A stretch of DNA of 64,000 nt, from assembly GCA_951406725.2 (NCBI GenBank), contig OX597829.1:35588001-35652000 (forward strand), in the 5' to 3' direction. The translations under genes and the position numbers were made by a program. Origin of the DNA: Octopus vulgaris (Eukaryota). Positions 54,423 to 64,000 of this stretch are shown piece by piece. Under the pieces are notes generated by a model that did not search any database, was not told the origin of the DNA, and saw only the letters and a program-made list of their open reading frames with translations. How positions within the stretch are numbered: the stretch's first letter is position 1; each line of letters opens with the position of its first letter.

Positions 54423-54830
54423 CAGGAGTGGCTGTGTGGTAAGTAGCTTGCTAACCAACCACATGGTTGCGGGTTCAGTCCCACTGCGTGGCATCTTGGG
54501 CAAGTGTCTTCTGCTATAGCCCCGGGCCGACCAATGCCTTGTGAGTGGATTTGGTAGACGGAAACTGAAAGAAGCCTGTCGTATATATGTATATATATAT
54601 ATATGTATGTGTGTGTGTTTGTGTGTCTGTGTTTGTCCCCCTGGCATTGCTTGACAACCGATGCTGGTGTGTTTACGTCCCCGTCACTTAGCGGTTCGGC
54701 AAAAGAGACCGATAGAATAAGTACTGGGCTTACAAAGAATAAGTCCCGGGGTCGATTTGATCGACTAAAAGCGGTGCTCCAGCATGGCCACAGTCAAATG
54801 ACTGAAACAAGTAAAGGAGTAAAGAGAGAG
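54423..54830 (+). mobile_element. Full SINE family A copy
   Basis: Near-identical to 43049-43456. Confidence 0.9.
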
Positions 54831-54865
54831 TATATATATATATATATATATATAACATATATATA

Positions 54866-54900
<35 letters not shown>

Positions 54901-55194
54901 CACATATATATATATATATGCATATATACATACCTATACGTACATGCTTGCATATTTACGTATATACATATGCATATGTGGGCACATGCCGTCATAAGAC
55001 GTAAACAACGAAAAATACGAAGTACGAGGACATAGAATATGAACTTCTTTTGCGAACAACGAAAGAAACAAATGGAAAACAAGAGAAACAACACAAAGAA
55101 CGACCCTTCATCAGTTGTCGGCTGTTTTACTAATGCGTACACATATACACACATATGTATGCCTATATAGCTGTCTAAGAGAAAATTAAAGGAA

Positions 55195-55563
55195 GCACTC
55201 CGTCGGTTACGACGACGAGGGTTCCGGTTGATCCGATCAACGGAACAGCCTGCTCGTGAAATTAACGTGTAAGTGGCTGAGCACTCCACGGACAACGATA
55301 GTTCTCGGGGATATTCAGCGTGACACAGAGAGTGACAAGGCCAGCCCTTTGAAATACAGGTACAACAGAAACAGGAAGTGAGAGTGAGAGAAAGTTGTGG
55401 TGAAAGAGTACAGCAGGGATCACCACCATCCCCTGCCGGAGCCTCGCGGAGCTTTTAGGTGTTTTCGCTCAATAAACACTCACAACGCCCGGTCTGGGAA
55501 TCGAAACCGCGATCCTACGACCGCGAATCCGCTGCCCTAACCACTGGGCCATTGCGCCTCCAC
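55195..55563 (-). mobile_element. Full tRNA(Arg)-like SINE family B copy
   Basis: Head GTGGAGGCGCAATGGCCCAGTGGTTAGGGCAGCGGATTCGCGG..GGTTTCGATTCCC on the minus strand. Confidence 0.9.
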
Positions 55564-55828
55564 TTAAGAGAAAATAATGGGGTGAATATAATAATCTTTA
55601 AATTATTCAGTATTATAGATTCATCTCAGACGAGTCCACTATTCGGTTTCGCACATGAATTGAGCCATAACCTATGACGGCGCTCGTCAGCGATGTACGG
55701 AAAATATGGCGACATCTTTCCGCTACTGGTGGTCAGGAAGTGAGAGAATTTCGAAGAAGAACTCTTTGGGAGTTATACTCCTTGCACAGAGTGTGCCACA
55801 CCCAAATTTATATGTAAATATAAACCTG

Positions 55829-55909
<81 letters not shown>

Positions 55910-55919
55910 TATAGAAGGA

Positions 55920-55968
55920 GCTTCTACAGGACTAGAACTGTTTCATTCAAAAGAAATCATCAGGAAGC
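55920..55968 (-). ncRNA. Type-I hammerhead ribozyme, complete three-way junction
   Basis: GCTTC-CTGATGA-T TTC TTTT GAA T-GAAA-CAG TTCTAGTC CTG-TA-GAAGC; GUA site. Confidence 0.88.
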
Positions 55969-56013
55969 ATTGAGTACCTTATTTACTGTGGTTAACCCCG
56001 ACTCAACCCGGGA

Positions 56014-56062
<49 letters not shown>

Positions 56063-56471
56063 ATGCTACCCACTATTTTCCTCTTTAATTTGCTAATGTT
56101 ATACCTAATTACTATTCAAATACTAGAGTCGCTTTAAGTCATAGATTAATCAAAATGATCAAGGTAGGGCTTCCGCTCTTGGTTAAGTAGTCGCTAAAAT
56201 CTCTGTAATGTTCATGGGACAAGAGAAGACTAATTGTTCTAGAAATGTAGTAGCATGTTTATATTTTTTGTTTAGGCCGTTAAAATTAAGAGCCCACTGG
56301 GTGTACTCAGTTACACTGCCATCTAGCAAACAGATGAGTACTTAGACACGTACATTGCGATATTTGCAGTGTTTAATTGACTTGAGTTGCGCTGGTAAAC
56401 GCATATGATAAATACATACACATACACGCGCACAAACATAAATATGTATTTATACATATTTATATATGTAA

Positions 56472-56521
<50 letters not shown>

Positions 56522-56588
56522 CATAGACACACACACACGCAATCATATTTTTGCATACTATATATGTGCGATTGTATATTTATATATG

Positions 56589-56696
<108 letters not shown>

Positions 56697-56897
56697 ACAT
56701 ATATATATATATACATATATAAATATACAATCGCACATATATATATATGCGTGTGTGTTTGTGTGGGTGTGTATATCTATATATGTATATATATGTATGT
56801 ATAAATATACACACACAGACACACACACGCACATCCATCCATCCATCCATACATACATGCATACATGCATACATACATACATACATACATACATACA

Positions 56898-56931
<34 letters not shown>

Positions 56932-57106
56932 CATACGCACTCACGCACACACTCACACAAACACACACTCACTTATAAAATTTCAATCCTTGGACATGGC
57001 TAGTTTCAATTCTAAGTTTTGTACTTTATCTGTTTATAATAACCTCTGCAATCATGTTTTGAACGCTTCGCACAACGTATCAATGTTATATTTATGCTCA
57101 CACACA

Positions 57107-57157
<51 letters not shown>

Positions 57158-57231
57158 CATACATTAATGTGTGCTTGTATGAGTAAAGTAGTGTAGCTGT
57201 TCGTTTTGATATATTGCCGTATCCACACACA

Positions 57232-57263
<32 letters not shown>

Positions 57264-58095
57264 CAAACACTTATACATGCATGTGTGTTTTCTTTTTTGA
57301 TATATTTGTTAGTGTATGCTTGAATAAGTGAACCATTGCAATGATTACAATATCACGTGTGATTAAGTAAACAATGATTCTCTTCAAATCGTTCTCTAAA
57401 CACACCAATGATTTCGAATTTATATATTTTTCAATTTTTCAAACGCTCTTTAACCAGAAACATTACTGAATCATGGAAATAAATAATCCTCATATATTTC
57501 CATTTCTGACAATATTATAGTCACAAATATTCTGGTAACAATGACATGTTTTATAGTCAGTCAAATGTTTATTATTTATTGGCTCGTTAGTTTGACATAG
57601 AGTGCGAATCTAGTAGAAAGACATAACTATTCGATACTAGATACAAAATGTCGAAGAACTCGATAAACAAAGTATTTCTGGAGAACGGTTATTTATATTC
57701 CATATAGAATATTTCCATGAAATAAAATTTCTCTATTTGAAATGTATTTTTGTCTCAGCAATTTCATTCTTTAAATTACAATTTTCTTCTTCGTTTAATG
57801 TTTTATTTATTCAAACTATGGAAAAGAAGACATGATTTATCATCCGAGCTAAATCTCACCATCAATAATGAGATACTTGGAGTTGTTGGGCAGACAGTCA
57901 CTCGTTGTTGATGAGACTCAGTGTATCAAAACAGTTACGGGTATCCATTTTTCTATGTCTTACTTTGCGCATTGTCGTTCACCACTTCTGTGTTAATATA
58001 TACAATTTTTTGAAATGGCATGCATCCGTTTTATGTATATGTATGTATGTGCTTGCCTGCGTGCGTATGTATGATACACAGACACACATACACAC

Positions 58096-58130
<35 letters not shown>

Positions 58131-58251
58131 TGTATATGAATATATATGTATATATGAATATCTATAAATATATGAATATATACATACGTATACATATGGA
58201 TATATATATATATCAATATATAATCAAAATAAGCAACAAGAATATCTTCGG

Positions 58252-58345
58252 TAATTTGGTACGATCGTTTCAGGCTACATCATTTTATTAAACATTGTAA
58301 GCATTACAACAGTTTTAAAATGTTCAGCAATCATCAGCCAATTTA
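58252..58345 (-). ncRNA. Type-I hammerhead ribozyme with ~59-nt rod-like stem II
   Basis: TAAATTGG-CTGATGA-TTGCT..CATTTTA AAAC..TTGTAA TGC TTACAA..GTTT..TAAAATG..AGCCT-GAAA-CGATCG-TA-CCAAATTA. Confidence 0.82.
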
Positions 58346-58541
58346 TAGAGGTTTTCCATCAATACATATACTTATTTTCTTGTTAATTGATAACATTATG
58401 CTATATGAATATATATATATATATATGAACATATGTATATATTCATATATATATATACATATATGTCTATATATGTATATTATATATATATGTATACATA
58501 CATGCATACATACATACAAGCATGCATACATACATACATAT

Positions 58542-58594
<53 letters not shown>

Positions 58595-59076
58595 TACACA
58601 TTTATTTATAATATATATTTAACAAGAATAGCATTGACAGTGACTTCAAAGTTTTGGTCAGCTAAGCTGTCATCGGATATTAAGTTGATCTAGGCTTTAT
58701 AGATCAACTCCTGGCTGTTTCTGCCTGTTCTACACTTTCTGTGCGATAAAAGTGTAAAAGTGTTGGTATTTCATTGTTGTAGACACCCATGATACCTCGA
58801 CCGCCCATTCCAAAGTTCGGCCGTCTGTTTGTGGTTTGAAGAAGTTAAAACCAACACATTTTCAATTGTAACTCCATACTTTACTAAATTTTAAGAAAAT
58901 AGGATCACTTTGATCGCTCATAGAGCTAAGCAGAAATGGCTGTAATGGTAGGAATATTCGTAGTGGGTGTTGAGTTTGCTAAGTTAATCCCACTTCGAGG
59001 AGATAAGACAGAAAACACAGAAAACACGGAATCTAACTCTTCAGGTGTATCATAGAGAATGAAGGAGAGAAAGAGT

Positions 59077-59144
<68 letters not shown>

Positions 59145-59407
59145 AAGGGACAGACAGACAGTAGCGTAATTAAGCAGACCCTCTCCAGAAGTGATAGACT
59201 TAGCCTTTTCGCTTTCGAGTCCAGGCTTCAAGGCATCCTCTGTAATTGGAGACGTTACAGTTTTTTTTTCTTTAACATATTTGCTTTTGTCTGCGGGATC
59301 TTTACATACCATCCGCACCACGGAAAAAGATTTTCATGTGGGTTGAAACATATACTTATATGGAACCAGTTGCAGACGTATGCTTAACCTCTCTTTCTTT
59401 TTCTCCT

Positions 59408-59438
<31 letters not shown>

Positions 59439-59478
59439 TACATACATGCCTGCTTACATGCATACACACGAACACATA

Positions 59479-59534
<56 letters not shown>

Positions 59535-59554
59535 CACACAAGACACACATATCT

Positions 59555-59762
59555 TTTATCTTTTGCATGTTTCAGTCATTAGAGTGTGGCGATGCTGGGG
59601 CGCCGCGTTAAGTTCTTAGTCGAATGACTCGAACCCAGAACTTATTTTTTTAATCCTGGTACTTACTCTACCAAGCTCTTTTACCGAACGGCTAAGTTAC
59701 GGGAATGCAAACAGACCAAAACCAGTTGTCATGCGTTGGTAATGGGACAAACACAGACAGAA

Positions 59763-59765
<3 letters not shown>
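59555..59765 (-). mobile_element. Partial diverged SINE family A
   Basis: GTTTCAGTCATT..ATGCTGGGGCGCCGC..CCGAACGGCTAAGTTACGGG. Confidence 0.7.
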
Positions 59766-59818
<53 letters not shown>

Positions 59819-60299
59819 AATTGAGGTTGTCGCGTATGTGTAAACCATCATAACGTCTGGAGTTCACAACTGATTTTTTCCAAACTGGGAACATACATTG
59901 CTTATGTTCCAGAGATGGTTTTAGACTCGTAAAAATTTCCCATAATGAGTAACAGGCCTTCTGGGAGCAGAAAACACCTTTTCGTGGGTTATGTGGAGAA
60001 ATGAGGTAACTCTTTACGAAGTAACTTTCAGAAATTGATTTGTTTCCCTTACCACGCGCAGTTAATTCACTGAACGTTTTTCATCTTTTTAAAATATGAA
60101 ATTAATTAATGTTTTTTATAGACAATTAATCATTAACTTAACAGCGTCATCTCAGTTCATTGTATGTATTTCTTAAAATTTGCTAAGATATTGATATTAT
60201 TTACCTCTCTTATCGTCATTTCATTATTAATATACAATTGTCATCTCATCTATTTCATGATATTTCTTGACTTAATCTCTCCAAAGAGGAAGTCCTCCA

Positions 60300-61897
60300 T
60301 TGGTCGAAAAATTATAACAGTCTCAATTGGCTGTGTGAAAGAGCAATATTGGCTTCAAAAGAAACAGCTTTGTAAGTAAAAGGAATCAACAGCTGTTGCA
60401 GTACCTTCCTGGAAGTCCTCACATCTATAAGTCAGTTGATACAATGTTAGATCCAGAAGACATGGTAAATTATCCAACAGAATTTCTCAATTTATTGGAG
60501 CCTCCAGGACTACTTTCCCACAGATTGGAACTTAAAGTGGGAACTCCAGTAATATTATTGAGAAATTTGGATCCACCAAAACTCTGCAATGGGACAGCCC
60601 TGGTAGTAAAGAAGATGATGCGACATGTTATTGAGGCCACCGTTCTCTCTGGATGTGGAAAAGGAGAGGATGTTTTCATACCCAGAATTCTTCTCATTCC
60701 ATTGGGAGCAGAAATTCCTTTTTCATTCAGAAGACTGCAATTTCCTATTCGTATCAGCTTCGCAATGTCTATCAATAAACCCCAGGGTCAAACATTGTCT
60801 GTTGTAGGACTTCACTTGGAAGAGTCGTGCTTCTCACACGGGCTATTAAATGTTGGCTGCTCTAGAATGGGAGGCCAAAAATGTCAATTTGTATTTGTTT
60901 CACAATGGAAACAAAGAATATTGTTTACCAAGAGGTTTTGTAAGTATTACGTCTTACGATGCGCTCCAGTATCCATTAGTCTTTGTGAATGGTGAAGATG
61001 AATACCATTTCGGCATAATACCAACAAACCTGAAGACTGCATCAATAAAGCTGTTTCATGCATGGACTTCAATATCAAAGCATATTCTCCATTTACACCC
61101 ACCAACCACATGGTAAGTCATTACGCCTTATTTTTTCAAGTAATTCATTACAGTAATCCATCGATTATCGCGGATATTACGTTCCAAAACCCTCGCAATA
61201 GGTGAAAACGTAGAAACAGTACTGTATATTTGTTTTTATTCTTTTTATAATTTGTATATATTTATTTCATTATAAATGCAAAACAACACCACGGAGGAAT
61301 CGATGCAAGCTTAAATAATGAACCGCGATAGGTAAACCATGATAGGTGAACCGCGATATAGCGAGGAATTACTGTATTACATATTCTCATGTGACTGCAT
61401 AGGCTCAGTTTATGTTTTTTTGTTCTACAGCCACACCGGCAACCCAATGTCAGTCCTTCGCCTTCTGCAACATTTCAACAGTTCACTTCCCCGTTGCCAT
61501 CTCCCATTGCAGCCCTTTTCCGGAATGTACCTATTTGCGTACGATACCTCCTTTACACCTGCATTCATTCGACTGTCAAACATACGATGGGTCGTATTAC
61601 ATGCAGCGCCGACAGCCGCAACGATGAGTGTATCCAATGACAGCTTTTCAGTGCGTTCAAAAATCACATATCCCCACCCTCAATTTTCCATGACAGGTGA
61701 TGGTCCGGAATCTTCCATACAGATGCATGACATGTCGCTTAGTCCAATTAGCCTATCATTTACTCTACAAATGTTTTGCCGTCAATGCTACACTTTTCCG
61801 TATCATATGTTCCAACATAACTGTAATATATATATATATATATATATACACAAACTATGCCATTTTAATCCCGAGCAGCACCAGGTATCTCTTCTAG
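60300..61897 (+). mobile_element. Non-autonomous, rearranged Helitron: PIF1-type helicase remnant, Rep fragment and 3' hairpin-CTAG end
   Basis: ORF 60396-60995 has YPTEFLN..LKVGTPVILLRNLDPPKLCNGT..RRLQFPIRISFAMSINKPQGQTL..FSHG. SYDALQYPL..GEDEYH at ~60950. Ends CCCGAGCAGCACCAGG..CTAG|T at 61870-61898. Confidence 0.85.
61151..61374. mobile_element. pogo/Tigger-like MITE with TA TSD, nested in the Helitron
   Basis: TA|CAGTAATCCATCGATTATCGCGG ... CCGCGATATAGCGAGGAATTACTG|TA. Confidence 0.85.
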
Positions 61898-62097
61898 TAT
61901 ATATAACTTTTTAATAATTTTGATATATATTTAAAATAATATAAATTAATTAATCTTATGTATTGGCTTAAGTTTTTCATTGTATGATTTGCCTAATAGT
62001 GGTTTTATCTCTAATTTAATATAATATAATATTTTACTATAAAATTGGATTCAATCCTAAATCTGATATTTCCCTGTAAGTTTGGATTTATTCCCTA

Positions 62098-62170
<73 letters not shown>

Positions 62171-62281
62171 ATGTATACATATGTATATAAAGGTTTTATT
62201 AAACTTTTCGCATTGTCAGAAGCTTCTATTTTCTTTCTTCCCTTCTTCGATATTACCATACTTCAAGCGAGCTACAACATT

Positions 62282-62322
<41 letters not shown>

Positions 62323-63499
62323 ACACACACGCACACACACACTTGAAGAGGTACTCAGCATTGAATGGCTGTTAAATGTATATACCTTTACTATGTTTAA
62401 CTAAGTTTTATGCAACAAGTTTTTATGTAAATATTTTTGCATTTAATTTTGTTGTAATATAAATTATGTCTGAATTTGAACTTTTCAAGGTTCTTTGGTG
62501 TGCGAAGCTCTTTTTTCTCTGTTGATTTTAATTTTACGATTTTAGGAAACTATATTTTGTTTTACAGTATATATTTTCTTGTAATTCTAAATCATATTGA
62601 ACACACAAAAAAGGACGTAATTTTAACAGAAAACTGATTTATTCAGCAAGAGCTATTTGAGAAAGTGTTTCTTGTTCTACAGTTTTGTACTTTAATTAGA
62701 GGATATCCACTTGTCATGACACGTATGCACACATTGACCGTGAAAGAAATATTGATTCGACAGTTCAATCTTAGAGGATGGCCTCTTAAGCTTCATGATG
62801 GCTACAGAAAACATGGGACCTGGAAACTGAAAGGGGCTTTCAATTTGAAGTGAAGTGGCGTATTTGATGGGATATCGGAAAGCATGGAAAGAAAACATCT
62901 TTGTCCTTGGTACATCAAATTATATAATGGTGTCCATATTATGGGACATAAAATCTTGACAAAATGTCTTGTACTGTTATAGAGGTTTGGGACATCAAAA
63001 TTTTATAGCAACATAATGGGTGGTTTTACTTTCTGTTGCAGATTATGAGGATAAACAGTAGTGGATTGATGTTAGCCAATGTGAAGTTTGAGAAGATGCA
63101 CGTTCAACGAGAATAGCATTAATATTCTGATCAAACTCATTTGGAAGACTTGAAGTTAGGATGATACGTAAACAAATTCATCCATGAATTATCTGAGAAG
63201 CAAAGATAAAATTTTAGAAGGATTTCTAGAAACGTGTTGATGATTATTCCGGAATGGTTTGTTTTGGGGTTGGGTTGATATAGTCACTTTCATTTATTGC
63301 TAACTGGTAGCTGCTTATCCTTTCCATAGCCTGACGGCCAGTATTGGTTTGTTTACGTCCCCGTAACTTAGTGGTTCGGCCAAAAGTAGTTTACATTTCC
63401 CGCTTGGTTAAGGGCTGTGAGCGTCTGATGGCATTCCGGACATCAAGCACCCTACGTTGTTACTTTCTTGAGCCGTTGACCTGCCCAGTGTACTGAGTA

Positions 63500-63960
63500 G
63501 TTCAGAAGAACCTAAAGCTAGAAAAAATAAGTTTCAGCCCCACCCCCACCCCAGGACTGCAGATCTGATAATGAAGCGAACTGTGAAAGATCCCATCTGG
63601 AAACGGTAAAAACAGATTAATTGCCAAAGAGTTGCTGGAGATGTCGCGACATCAACCCTTCTCTATGCATCATCACCTACTGCATTCCAAGTTCTCCACC
63701 CAGCGGACGTTGACAACGAATTAAACGTCTGACCAGTGGAATGCGTCCCCTTCATAGAGAGCAGGACGACAGGCACCCCAGTCCGGTGAACCATGAAGTG
63801 AAACAGAGCTAAAATATATGACGGGGGTGATGTAAGCGTCCGCCAACTCCGACCAATCTTTCAGGGATAGCTTCCTCTCAGCCAATATCTGATTTAAATT
63901 TGCCGTTCTACTTGTCACACATTCCAGTTCTTTTCCTCTTGGAAATCTGTGTCAAACCAA
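63500..63960 (-). mobile_element. Decayed L1/Tx1 ORF2 fragment
   Basis: ERKLSLKDWSELADAYITPVIYF (RKLSLKGR..N.YI motif of the post-RT region). Confidence 0.6.
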
Positions 63961-64000
63961 TTTTACTGTCCGCCGTCATGTGCCTCTCAAAGTTTATGGA

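Noticed and set aside
55104-55130. Minus-strand CTGATGA in a short repeat fragment
   Set aside because: Partner GAAA and stems are not present; probably truncated.
60396-60995. Host PIF1 helicase gene
   Set aside because: Intronless partial domain with motif substitutions, a Rep fragment and a Helitron 3' end nearby.
62665-63200. Possible exon or transposase fragment
   Set aside because: Stops in all frames and no motif I can identify.

Overview
Eukaryotic, repeat-saturated, apparently gene-free DNA. The SINE families and the extreme (TA)n/(CA)n/(TAA)n/(TATG)n load suggest a coleoid cephalopod such as Octopus (inferred from recall, not from a search). I see no intact host gene. Recognisable coding remnants are all transposon-derived: mariner transposases, Penelope-like (RT + GIY-YIG), CR1, RTE, L1/Tx1, R4/Dong and a Helitron helicase. 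There are also four tRNA-derived SINE families and two MITEs. The signal not explained by the ORF track is a set of type-I hammerhead ribozyme (HHR) motifs: five with intact cores (3398+, 3784-, 46821-, 55920-, 58252-), two C3>U variants (44628-, 47288+) and several decayed ones. Most sit in short non-coding units bounded by (TA)n, some arranged as long inverted repeats. This suggests a diverse set of non-autonomous, ribozyme-bearing Penelope-derived or retrozyme-like mini-elements associated with TA microsatellites.
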